From Candidatus Aenigmatarchaeota archaeon (GTDB lineage: Archaea; Aenigmatarchaeota; Aenigmatarchaeia; QMZP01): 27,525 nt of DNA. The stretch lies in NCBI GenBank assembly GCA_039091855.1, contig JAWCLA010000008.1:320-27844 (forward strand). Reading direction: 5' to 3'. The notes beneath the pieces were generated by a model, which saw only the letters and a program-made list of their open reading frames with translations, was not told where the DNA came from and did no database searches. Positions 1 to 8,093 of this stretch are shown here, piece after piece; position 1 is the first letter of the stretch; every line of letters starts with the position of its first letter. The position numbers and the translations under genes are program-made.

Positions 1-319
1 CTCCTTCACCCTTTATTCTTTCGGAAACTGTGGAATCAAAAGGCGGTACATAGTTTTCAAGAATCCTGCTTCCCGCAGTGCATCTCATACCCTTCACGCA
101 GATGTTGTCCTTTATTGAAACAGGGAGATAGAGCAGCCTTCCTTTTCCGGGTTTTTTATCTTTTAATTTGGGTTGCTCGCCTATTGTTACAAAAAACCCA
201 TACTCCTTGTCGAGCTCTTTTATCCTGCTGAACAGTTTTGAGTAGAAATCCTCCAAATCCAAACTGCCTGCTCTTGACTCCTTGATAAACTCCCCAACAG
301 AAAGCCTGGAATAATCCAT
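1..319 (-). CDS. gatA: Asp-tRNA(Asn)/Glu-tRNA(Gln) amidotransferase subunit A, 5' part (runs off window)
   Basis: Manual translation from ATG 319: MDYSRLSVGEFIK...LPVSIKDNICVKGMRCTAGSRILENYVPPFDSTV, the amidase-signature N-terminal motif. Not in ORF track because truncated. Confidence 0.9.
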   Translation of the reverse strand, partial: MDYSRLSVGEFIKESRAGSLDLEDFYSKLFSRIKELDKEYGFFVTIGEQPKLKDKKPGKGRLLYLPVSIKDNICVKGMRCTAGSRILENYVPPFDSTVSERIKGEG

Positions 320-367
320 ACAATTTATTTGGTTGGGATATTAAAAGCCATCTCCAAATAACTTATT

Positions 368-724
368 ATGTCAATGAAAAAGCCCCCTTCGATGCGCTCA
401 AAGAAAAGGTACGTAATCTTTCGCCTGCATTCGGATTCCCCTGCCAGCTTTCAGGACGTCAAGAACGCGATATGGAATTCCGTTCTCAACTGGCTTGGCG
501 ACAACGAGGCACCAAAGGCCGAAATCCATATTATAAAAAACCTCTGGAACAACAGGGAGCAGACAGGCTTTATAAGGTGCCAACCAAGGTATGTGGATTC
601 TGTAAAAATCGCCCTCGCATTGATTCACCAGATAGGGGACCAGAAGGTTATATTTCAGACCATAAGGGTCTCGGGAACGATAAAAAGCGGCAAGGCTAAG
701 GCTTTCAGAATACAAAATTCCTGA
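368..724 (+). CDS. rnp2: RNase P protein subunit, Rpp14/Pop5 family
   Basis: PPSMRSKKRYVIF N-terminus and RVSGTIK C-terminus typical of archaeal Pop5. Confidence 0.9.
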   Translation: MSMKKPPSMRSKKRYVIFRLHSDSPASFQDVKNAIWNSVLNWLGDNEAPKAEIHIIKNLWNNREQTGFIRCQPRYVDSVKIALALIHQIGDQKVIFQTIRVSGTIKSGKAKAFRIQNS

Positions 725-747
725 ATTCCTTAAAGGATTTCCAGCGC

Positions 748-1089
748 TTACTTGTAAAGCCTTGCTGTAAGAGTGGAAACGTTCAGCTTCTGGTTCTTAT
801 CGTCTGTTATTACCTCTGTCCCTGTTTCCATATCGCACTTAATTCCCTGAAGGAACTTGTTCTTAACTACCTCTATCACGTCCACTGCCCTTGATATTGA
901 CCTTCCCCTTGCCTTCACGAATACCTCGTTGTTACCGTCCGAGAACTGCGTTATAACGGCAAGCACGTAGCTCATTGCAGGCTTTTTCCCGACAAAAATC
1001 ACGTTGTCATTCTTGCCTGCCTTTTTCTCCTTCTGCTGAGCTTCTGTTTTTGCCTCAGAGCTGTTTTTTGTTTCCTTGCTCGTTGCCAT
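748..1089 (-). CDS. albA: DNA/RNA-binding protein Alba
   Basis: VIFVGKKPAMSYVLA and VKARGRSISRAVDV motifs; GGAGGT SD upstream; charged N-terminal extension. Confidence 0.93.
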   Translation of the reverse strand: MATSKETKNSSEAKTEAQQKEKKAGKNDNVIFVGKKPAMSYVLAVITQFSDGNNEVFVKARGRSISRAVDVIEVVKNKFLQGIKCDMETGTEVITDDKNQKLNVSTLTARLYK

Positions 1090-1182
1090 TTAACCACCTC
1101 CGTCACTTATTCCGCTTTTGTCATTGCATGCCACTTTTAACTAATCATATATTGAAGTGAAGTTTTTAAACCTTTCAGCAGC

Positions 1183-2193
1183 CTATTCCAGAATCTCCTT
1201 AACGAATTTTTTCGGCTCGAAAATCTCTATGTCCCCGTATCCTTGCCCTGTTCCGAGGAAAAGTACGGGCTTCTTTATTGCATAGCACACGGAAAGTATG
1301 GCTCCTCCTTTTTGGTTAACGTCCGTTTTTGTCATAACCACTGCATCAACTCCCGCCCCCTTTTCGAATGTCTTTGCCTGCTCCACTGCATCATTGCCTG
1401 TCAGGGAGTCCACGACAAGAACCCTGAGGTCGGGCTTGTTCACCCTTATCACCTTTGAAAGCTCGTCCATAAGATTTTTGTCGGTATGAGACCTTCCTGC
1501 GGTGTCAGCCAATACCACGTCATAGCCCCTTGACCTTGCAAACTTAACAGCATCAAAAACAACTGCCGCTGAATCCGCACCATACTGGTGCTTTATTACC
1601 TTGACCCCAAGTTTCTCGCCGTGATGCTCAAGCTGCTCTATTGAGGCGGCTCGAAATGTGTCAGCAGCGGCAATCACAGGAGTATGACCCTTCTCTTTAA
1701 GGTAGTTGGCAAGCTTGGCTATCGAAGTCGTCTTTCCTGAACCATTGAATCCGAGGAAAACAAGGCATGCCGGCCTGCCATCTGAGCGGGCTTTCTTTAT
1801 CAGTGAGTCCAGGTTAACTTCGCCTTGGTTCACCACTTCCAGAAGGCTCTCCTCGAAAGCCTGCCTGACAAAATCCGATGCACCGAACCTTTTTGCACTC
1901 TTGCCTAAAAGCTTCTCCTTTAGGCTTTTTCTCAGGAAATCCACAACCTCAAGCGCCACGTTTGCCTCAAGGAGCCCTGCCTCGTTCTCTTCAAAAAACC
2001 TATCTATGTCAGATTCGGATATCTCTCTTGTTGTGACCTTCTCCTTAACCTTTGAGGCAATCCCAGGCTTTAACTTTTTTTCATCTGGCTTTTCCTTTTC
2101 CTCCAAAACAACCTTTGCCTCTTCTTTAACCTCTGCCTTCCCTGAAAGCTTTTCAACGGATTCCCTGAGCTTTTTCTTCAGAAAGTCGAACAT
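1183..2193 (-). CDS. ftsY: SRP receptor GTPase FtsY
   Basis: MFDFLKKKL start, GFNGSGKTT, DTFRAA, DTAGR, TKTD motifs. Confidence 0.96.
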   Translation of the reverse strand: MFDFLKKKLRESVEKLSGKAEVKEEAKVVLEEKEKPDEKKLKPGIASKVKEKVTTREISESDIDRFFEENEAGLLEANVALEVVDFLRKSLKEKLLGKSAKRFGASDFVRQAFEESLLEVVNQGEVNLDSLIKKARSDGRPACLVFLGFNGSGKTTSIAKLANYLKEKGHTPVIAAADTFRAASIEQLEHHGEKLGVKVIKHQYGADSAAVVFDAVKFARSRGYDVVLADTAGRSHTDKNLMDELSKVIRVNKPDLRVLVVDSLTGNDAVEQAKTFEKGAGVDAVVMTKTDVNQKGGAILSVCYAIKKPVLFLGTGQGYGDIEIFEPKKFVKEILE

Positions 2194-2219
2194 AGCATTG
2201 GATATTTGTCAGAAAGGAT

Positions 2220-2513
2220 TTATATCTGCTTTTCGCAAGTGCCGTATTCCTCGGAAAGGTTAACTGAAAAATTGCAATAGTATCCGGGAGGGCATTGAAG
2301 ATTTGATATGCACTCGCAACGCGGAACGCAGGTATTGGAACAGCTGGTGTTTTCCTGCTCACCCGTGCATAACGATTCGCATTTCCATACCCCATCAGAA
2401 TCCTCGCACAGTTCCTTTGTGATTTCAGGTGGCTCAAAATTAACCGGAAAAAACGCAAAAACCATAGCAATCAGCATTGCCACCAAAATCAGGGTTAGTT
2501 TCACCTTGTCCAT
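2220..2513 (-). CDS. Hypothetical membrane-anchored or secreted Cys-rich protein
   Basis: N-terminal hydrophobic helix followed by 10 Cys in ~60 aa. Confidence 0.7.
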   Translation of the reverse strand: MDKVKLTLILVAMLIAMVFAFFPVNFEPPEITKELCEDSDGVWKCESLCTGEQENTSCSNTCVPRCECISNLQCPPGYYCNFSVNLSEEYGTCEKQI

Positions 2514-2582
2514 TATTATATTTTATTTTGTGGATTAAAGGTAGTTATTGCCTTATAATAGTATGCTTGTACAATAAAACCC

Positions 2583-3110
2583 CTAAAATCTCAGTTGCCA
2601 TAATTTTTTGATGCCAACGTAGTATCCAAGGGCAATCCCGAACAAGGCTGCAAAAAGCGCGATTCCTATTATATGGAAGTATGGTACTTGCTGTAAAGCG
2701 GGCAGTGTGGACTGATAGTCTCCCGCCACCATCTCAGGAGCTGATTTCATAAAACCTTGGCCTGAGCGCAGGAAACCCACAATAAGATCATATGTAGTAA
2801 ACAGAAGCGCAAGCATAGAAAGAGACAGGATAATCCATATCCTTCTTTCCCCAGGTCTTAATATCTCCCTTCCCTTTCTTGTAAGCTCGTAATACTTCCA
2901 CTTGTGTCCATCATCCTTTAATGTAACAAGCCCCGCCTTCATTAATGATTCCATATGTTCTTTTACTGACGATGGTGTCATACCGAGCTCCTTTGAGAGC
3001 TCCGCGAGCATCTTTCTCCTCACAAAAAGGCTCTTAAGTATGTATATCCTTGTTTCTGATGCGAGGCTCCTGAAAGCCTCCCTGTCCAATGTTATCCTGT
3101 CCTCGCTCAT
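2583..3110 (-). CDS. ArsR-like winged-helix regulator with two C-terminal TM helices
   Basis: FRSLASETRIYILKSL...LAELSKELGMTPSSVKEHMESL...YYELTRKG wHTH, then two hydrophobic segments; ATG 3110 chosen as start. Confidence 0.8.
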   Translation of the reverse strand: MSEDRITLDREAFRSLASETRIYILKSLFVRRKMLAELSKELGMTPSSVKEHMESLMKAGLVTLKDDGHKWKYYELTRKGREILRPGERRIWIILSLSMLALLFTTYDLIVGFLRSGQGFMKSAPEMVAGDYQSTLPALQQVPYFHIIGIALFAALFGIALGYYVGIKKLWQLRF

Positions 3111-3142
3111 AGCATTCAATTGGCAACAGGGCTTAAAAGTGT

Positions 3143-3643
3143 TCAGGCTTGCTTTGTAACCTTATCCCACATCTTCAAAAACAGAGAGTCTATGGCATCA
3201 AGTTTATTTACAAAGAGCCTCTCAAACCTTGCGTAATCCTTTGAGTTGTATGCAGAAACAATCTCCCTGTCCGAAAATTCACGGGGTATTCCCTCCTTTT
3301 TGCAGTAATGATCAAGCCCCTTTATCACACCCCTGTTTATGAAAGTGAGGATTATGAAAAGGTCCTCAATGTTGGCATAGTTTATCTTCCTGAAAAATTC
3401 CCTGAATTCGGGAAGGCCACAGGAGCGCAGCAGTAGAATCGGTATGTCCAGCTTGAGGTTGTTGAACCCTATGAAAATCTTGTCGTTTGTCTTGAGAAAG
3501 TATCTTATGAAGTCAGAAACCATATCCCTCTCTGAAGGGAATTCCCAGGATTTCCACACTTTAACGAAACTTCCCCTTTTAAGCCCTATCGCAAGGATTT
3601 TCGCTTCGCTTGAAAACCCGTCTGTCTGGACAGAAAGGATCAT
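3143..3643 (-). CDS. RNase H-fold 3'-5' exonuclease-like protein, probably degenerate
   Basis: IGFNNLKLDIPIL resembles ExoII (GFN..FD); LSVQTDG occupies the ExoI DxETxG position. Confidence 0.6.
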   Translation of the reverse strand: MILSVQTDGFSSEAKILAIGLKRGSFVKVWKSWEFPSERDMVSDFIRYFLKTNDKIFIGFNNLKLDIPILLLRSCGLPEFREFFRKINYANIEDLFIILTFINRGVIKGLDHYCKKEGIPREFSDREIVSAYNSKDYARFERLFVNKLDAIDSLFLKMWDKVTKQA

Positions 3644-3822
3644 ACTACCCCTTTGCTTCTTTAAGCACTAATTCTTTCCGAACCTTCTCCTCTCTTTTCA
3701 TAATTTTCGCCTTGTGACTTCCATACAAATCAACATTGACGGAGAAGTCGGCTTCGCCAACTTCCACTTATTTTCGCCTTGCAACAGTTCAGCTTGCTGT
3801 TGGTTATCCTTTTGACAGATGT

Positions 3823-3905
3823 TTGGAAAGACGACTTTGTTATGTTGGTGAAGTTCGTCAATCTATTGGAAAGACGACTTTGTTATGTTGGTTAATCTTC
3901 AAACT
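3823..3905 (+). repeat. Tandem pair of family-1 hairpin elements (27-bp exact direct repeat, period 43)
   Basis: TTGGAAAGACGACTTTGTTATGTTGGT at 3823-3849 and 3866-3892; first unit closes with AAGTTCGTC-AATCT. Confidence 0.8.
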
Positions 3906-3962
3906 GGAATCCTCAAAAAAATATGGATTTAAGCTTAATAAAACGCTTCCCAAGATTTTTCT

Positions 3963-5096
3963 ATGAAAATTGACTGCATTCTTGTGAGGTTTGGGGAGAT
4001 AGGGCTCAAGGGGAAAAACAGGCCCTTTTTCGAGATGGTTTTGGTTAGAAACATAAAGCAAATTTTAAAGGAGAACGGGGCTTCTTTCAAGAAAATTTAC
4101 AGGATACCTGGTAGGTTTGTGATAGAGAGTGAAGACCAAAAATCACTCGAGGCGCTGAAATATGTTTTTGGGATAGTTTCCTTCAGCCCCGCTTTAAAGA
4201 CAGATATAGACATTGAAAAAATAAAGGCAGAATCCCTGAAAGTCCTGATTGAAAGAAATCCTAAAAGCTTCAGGGTTTCTGCAAGAAGGCTTGACAAAAC
4301 AGTAAAAACAACCTCCCAAAAGATTAACGAAAAGGTAGGAGAGTATCTTCTTGGTAAAACCAAAATCCCAGTCAATCTGAAAAGCCCGGAGTTGGAGATA
4401 GGAATTGACTTCACGAAAGACAAAGCCTTCATTTTTGCGGATGAGTTTAACGGTTTGGGAGGATTGCCTGTCGGGGTTTCGGGAAAGGTTTTGTGTTTTG
4501 TTTCAGGCGGTATAGACAGCCCTGTCGCTGCATGGCTTGGTATGAAGAGGGGATGCGAGGCAATACTTGTGCATTTCCTTCACGGAGGCATCAAACCAAA
4601 CAAAATAATCAAATTGCGAGATATTCTGAAAAGATACCAGCCGTCACTGAAACTCTTTATCGTTCCTATGGAGAAGGTAGAAAAGGAAATAATAAGGTGG
4701 TCCCCTTCTGGTTTGAGGATTGTGATTCTCAGGAGAGCCTTCCTGAAAATCGCGGAAAAAATAATGGAGCAGGAAGGTGCAACAGCTGTTATTACGGGGG
4801 ACAACATAGGTCAGGTAGCATCACAAACCCTTCACAACATAAGAGTAATAGACAAGGCTTTCAGCGGAACGATATTAAGACCTTTGCTAGGATATGACAA
4901 GGTTGAGATAATAAGCCTCGCACAGAAAATAGGAACATATCCAATAAGCATTCAGCCTTACGAGGATTGTTGCAGCTTTATGCTGCCAAAGCACCCTGAA
5001 ACAAGGGCGAGTGTTGATGAGGTTATCAAGACAGAGGAAATGATTGATAAGGGGATTTTTGAAGAGGCTTTCAAAAGAGCAGAAGTTGTTTGTTGA
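3963..5096 (+). CDS. thiI: tRNA 4-thiouridine synthase ThiI (THUMP + PP-loop)
   Basis: ILVRFGEIGLKGKNR, GLPVG, SGGIDS, GDNIGQVASQT, RPLLGYDK. Confidence 0.95.
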   Translation: MKIDCILVRFGEIGLKGKNRPFFEMVLVRNIKQILKENGASFKKIYRIPGRFVIESEDQKSLEALKYVFGIVSFSPALKTDIDIEKIKAESLKVLIERNPKSFRVSARRLDKTVKTTSQKINEKVGEYLLGKTKIPVNLKSPELEIGIDFTKDKAFIFADEFNGLGGLPVGVSGKVLCFVSGGIDSPVAAWLGMKRGCEAILVHFLHGGIKPNKIIKLRDILKRYQPSLKLFIVPMEKVEKEIIRWSPSGLRIVILRRAFLKIAEKIMEQEGATAVITGDNIGQVASQTLHNIRVIDKAFSGTILRPLLGYDKVEIISLAQKIGTYPISIQPYEDCCSFMLPKHPETRASVDEVIKTEEMIDKGIFEEAFKRAEVVC

Positions 5097-5101
5097 GGAA
5101 C

Positions 5102-5123
5102 TTGTAATGCGCCCGCATTACAA
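5102..5123 (+). terminator. Perfect hairpin just after thiI stop, terminator-like
   Basis: TTGTAATGCG-CC-CGCATTACAA followed closely by a T-run. Confidence 0.5.
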
Positions 5124-5199
5124 AATTTTATTAGCCAGTTTTTCAACAATAAACCAATTTTGAAATTCTGGTGAGAGACTGCATTACATAAATTCCATC

Positions 5200-5628
5200 T
5201 TGTCCAAAAAAGACATTGGAAAAACAAGGCATGACTGGCTCGTTCTTATGTTGTATGAATCATTAAGAAGCAGTTCTTTTAACCCAACAAATGAGGATTA
5301 CCAGACGGCAAAGGTCTTGTTTGAAAGCTACAATACTGTTCTTGAAAATCTTGAGGAAGCAACAAAATTCATAGGCAATGGCTTCTCTTATCTTGAGCCT
5401 TTCTACAGATACCAAATAGGAAAACACAAGTTTGAGATAGATATTTTCGGTATCAGAGATAACTTTGTTACAGGAATAGAGGTTAAATGCAAAAAGCCAA
5501 AAAGGTTAAAATATCAGAAAAGCCGTTTTGCCGACTTTGCCAGAAAAAAATATGCCGAACTCATCCCGGAACTTTACTATTTCAGCGGAATGAATGGAAT
5601 AAGGCTGGAGGATATTGAAGATTATTAA
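5200..5628 (+). CDS. Small PD-(D/E)xK nuclease-fold protein
   Basis: FEIDIFG...TGIEVKCK matches the E..D..ExK core; start uncertain (TTG 5200 or ATG 5248). Confidence 0.6.
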   Translation: MSKKDIGKTRHDWLVLMLYESLRSSSFNPTNEDYQTAKVLFESYNTVLENLEEATKFIGNGFSYLEPFYRYQIGKHKFEIDIFGIRDNFVTGIEVKCKKPKRLKYQKSRFADFARKKYAELIPELYYFSGMNGIRLEDIEDY

Positions 5629-5649
5629 ATACCACCAACTATTATTATT

Positions 5650-6495
5650 ATGCTTCTTTATGAGTGGATTCTTCTTGCCATTGGAACAGCGGGATTCGGG
5701 CTCGGGGCCTACTGGGATCTTAAAACAACCGAGTTTCCTGACTGGCTTCCTTACTCTATAATACTTGCTGCAATATCAATAAGGGCGGCATTCTCTTGGT
5801 TTATGGGTGACTGGCGGATTCTCCTCTCTTCAATAGTTGTTGGTTGCCTTTTTCTCGGCTTCGGGCTTTTGCTTTCCATACTGAAGCAATGGGGAGATGG
5901 TGACGCCTGGCTTCTTGGCTCCAGGGGATTCCTTTTCCCTGGTTATTCAGGATTCCAAGAGAAGGAAATTTTTATTGATTTTCCTGTTGTTACACTTTTC
6001 AACTTCTTTCTTTTGTCATTCTTTTATCTTGTTGCCTATTCTGTTGCGCTTGGCTTAAAGCACAGGAAGGTTTTGCATAAGTTCAAAGGGGAAATTTCAA
6101 AAGACTGCAGAAGCCTTTTGGTGTTAATAGTGTTTTTCGCTGCTATTTGTTTTGGTGCGGCTTTTTACCTTAGTCTTGGAGTGGGGATTCCACTCGAGAG
6201 AATGACAAACCTGCTCTCCCTCCCGTTCCTTTTCGCTTTTGTCCTTGTTTTCATAAGATACGGGAGGTTTGTGGAGAAAAACCTGTTCAGGAAAAAAATC
6301 CCCGTGAGCAAGCTTAAGCCGGGAGACGTGCTTGCGAATGAGAGATGGAAAGGGTTGACAGAGAGGCAGATAAGGATTCTCAGGAAAAAAGGCGGACACG
6401 TCTGGATAAAAGAAGGCGTCAGGTTCGCACCCGTGTTTATAATCAACCTTTATGTAACCCTCTTTTTTGGCAGCCTGCTTTGGGTTTTTATATAA
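5650..6495 (+). CDS. A24-family prepilin/preflagellin peptidase
   Basis: YWDLKTTEFPD, WGDGD aspartyl motif, multiple TM helices, C-terminal EGVRFAPVF. Confidence 0.88.
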   Translation: MLLYEWILLAIGTAGFGLGAYWDLKTTEFPDWLPYSIILAAISIRAAFSWFMGDWRILLSSIVVGCLFLGFGLLLSILKQWGDGDAWLLGSRGFLFPGYSGFQEKEIFIDFPVVTLFNFFLLSFFYLVAYSVALGLKHRKVLHKFKGEISKDCRSLLVLIVFFAAICFGAAFYLSLGVGIPLERMTNLLSLPFLFAFVLVFIRYGRFVEKNLFRKKIPVSKLKPGDVLANERWKGLTERQIRILRKKGGHVWIKEGVRFAPVFIINLYVTLFFGSLLWVFI

Positions 6496-6612
6496 TAAAA
6501 AATTTATAGTAAATATATGAAAGTTATTTTGTTTTTATTTACATTTGGAATTTTTACCATATAAATAACCCCGCCATAAATGGCGGTGTATTCTTGTAAT
6601 TGGTTAAAGCGG

Positions 6613-7296
6613 TCAGCCAGCTCTGTTAAACTGTTTCAGTGTTGTTTGACCTTTTGGTGTCAGCTTCAGTTTGCCCTCAAGGAATTCTATGTACGGGTCA
6701 TTCGTGCAGACAGGTTTCCTGGTTCCCTTACCGTATGTGCAGTACTTCTTCCTCAATGCAGGATTGTTGGCAACATCTATGTAGAATTGGATGGCCTTGT
6801 CAGTTGTTGAGCCTATTGAACGGAAGAAGTGACCGTCATACCAGAACTGGCCTCCCCAGAAGCGCTTCTTGTCTCTTGGGTCTTTCTGCTTGAGCTATGG
6901 GAATGTCTTGAATATCTTGTTCGCGGAGTATCCTTTGAGTTCGTGAACCGCGTAAGCTGGTGACTGATCGGGTTTCAGGGAGATTAATTGATGAACATGG
7001 TCTGGGTTTATTCGCTTGATAACTATGCGAAACCTCCACTTCTTTCCTGCCTCCTCGAATGCGTAATCGCATATATGTGCTATGCGACCTGTTAGCACAG
7101 GATGCCTGTGTTTGGGTGCAAATACAATGTGGAAGTCGGGTTCGCCAAAGTCTTGCGGCTACACCGCAAGAGATGTCTGCGTCTCGTATCGCATAGAGCG
7201 CAGAGACGTCTCTTCGTCCTTTGCAGCGGAGACGAAGATGCCGCATCTCTTGTGCATAGGCACAAGACTGTGGCTGAATGGTTGTGTTTCCATCAT
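6613..7296 (-). pseudogene. tnpA: IS200/IS605 HUH (Y1) transposase #1, interrupted by a 117-nt insert (7151-7267) and a TAG at 6895-6897
   Basis: Manual translation MMETQPFSHS[insert]FGEPDFHIVFAPKHR...PDHVHQL...ELKGYSA...FWGGQFWYDGHFFRSIG...IQFYI...; AAGGAG SD upstream; stop TGA at 6613. Confidence 0.88.
7151..7267. mobile_element. Four-hairpin palindromic insertion (family 2, possibly nested) in tnpA #1
   Basis: Four TCT...AGA stems separated by short linkers; removal joins FSHS to FGEPDFHIVF in frame. Confidence 0.75.
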
Positions 7297-7660
7297 AAAA
7301 TCAGTGCTCCTTATATATTCGCAGAGCCAAGAAAATCTTGGTGCTGCAATCGATGAGCTGTTATAAGCCCATGCGCCAGCATGGGCTGCTCATCGATATT
7401 TGATATTTGGTTAAGCAGAAATAATGATTTGGTTTCGTCTATACCCCGTCATAAATGACGGGGAATAACATATTGGTTAGAGGTTATTTAACCAAGTCTT
7501 CATCCTCGTTCTGTGTTAGGTTGAGTCTCAACAGCTATGGATAAACGAATTCATGTTTTCACCTTACATATATGGCTTGGATAGTTGCGCAGCTGTTAAC
7601 TGCGCAACACCATCCATTTATTATTTGGTTAGAAACGAGAAATAGAGCCGGCTATGAGTC

Positions 7661-7698
7661 GCAATTCATCTGGTGGCTGAAGCCACAGGATTCTTGCT
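7661..7698 (-). mobile_element. Orphan IS200/IS605-type end remnant
   Basis: Minus strand CAAGAATCCTGTGGCTTCAGCCACCAGATGAATTGC resembles GGCTT(T/C)AGCC-cored IS605 end hairpins (recognition from memory only). Confidence 0.5.
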
Positions 7699-7787
7699 CC
7701 ATAAATTTTAAAATAAAATGTTGAGAGATATATATTCGGGAAAGCCAAAATAAAAATATAATAGGATATGAATATTCTATCAACAAT

Positions 7788-7901
7788 TTCTGCAACGACA
7801 TAAAATGCAAGAATATAAAGAATGGAATAGAAAACATACAATCATTTATCGAGGTATTTGTGGAAGTTTATAACATAGAAATAGGATTTTAATTTAACAG
7901 T
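7788..7901 (+). pseudogene. 3' remnant of an archaeal IS6-family transposase with right terminal repeat
   Basis: FCNDIKCKNIKNGIENIQSFIEVFVEVYNIEIGF* aligns with FYNNINCKDLKSGIE/LQAFLEVFVGLYNLEKGF at ~14097-14200; both are followed by TTAACAGT. Confidence 0.75.
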
Positions 7902-7925
7902 TACTGAAATATAAAAGGTGAATGA

Positions 7926-8093
7926 ATGAGAAAAACTAAGATAATAATATGCCCATTTTGCGATCAAGAAGCTGTAGTTAAATTAAATCAAACACTAATA
8001 AAGTGTAGTAATTGCGGAGAGGCTTTTGAGATTGAAGAAGAGAGCTATACTGACGATTTTTGGCATAATCCCAGAACATCGCATACATTTTAG
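7926..8093 (+). CDS. 55-aa Zn-ribbon protein
   Basis: MRKTKIIICPFCDQEAVVKLNQTLIKCSNCGEAFEIEEESY...; two CxxC motifs, AGGTGA SD; not in the ORF track. Confidence 0.7.
   Translation: MRKTKIIICPFCDQEAVVKLNQTLIKCSNCGEAFEIEEESYTDDFWHNPRTSHTF

Larger units (their letters stand above)
6569..7463 (-). mobile_element. IS200-like element #1 bounded by related subterminal hairpins
   Basis: CCCCGCCAT-AA-ATGGCGGTG (6569-6588) and CCCCGTCAT-AA-ATGACGGGG (7444-7463) flank a tnpA; exact ends not determinable. Confidence 0.8.

Noticed and set aside
1706-2263. Long antisense ORFs over ftsY (likewise over tuf and thrS)
   Set aside because: Antisense shadows of conserved genes with no motifs of their own
3823-3892. 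27-bp direct repeat as a mini CRISPR array
   Set aside because: Only two units, a 16-nt spacer that pairs with the repeat, and no cas genes; better explained as family-1 hairpins
6613-7296. TAG readthrough or recoding, since both internal stops in tnpA #1 are TAG
   Set aside because: TAG ends ordinary genes here (ftsY, argF, cmk), and other lesions in the window are TGA or TAA
6836-7366. ORF-track ORFs 6836-7246, 7082-7366 and 7102-7356
   Set aside because: Shadow frames of tnpA #1 and its palindromic insert
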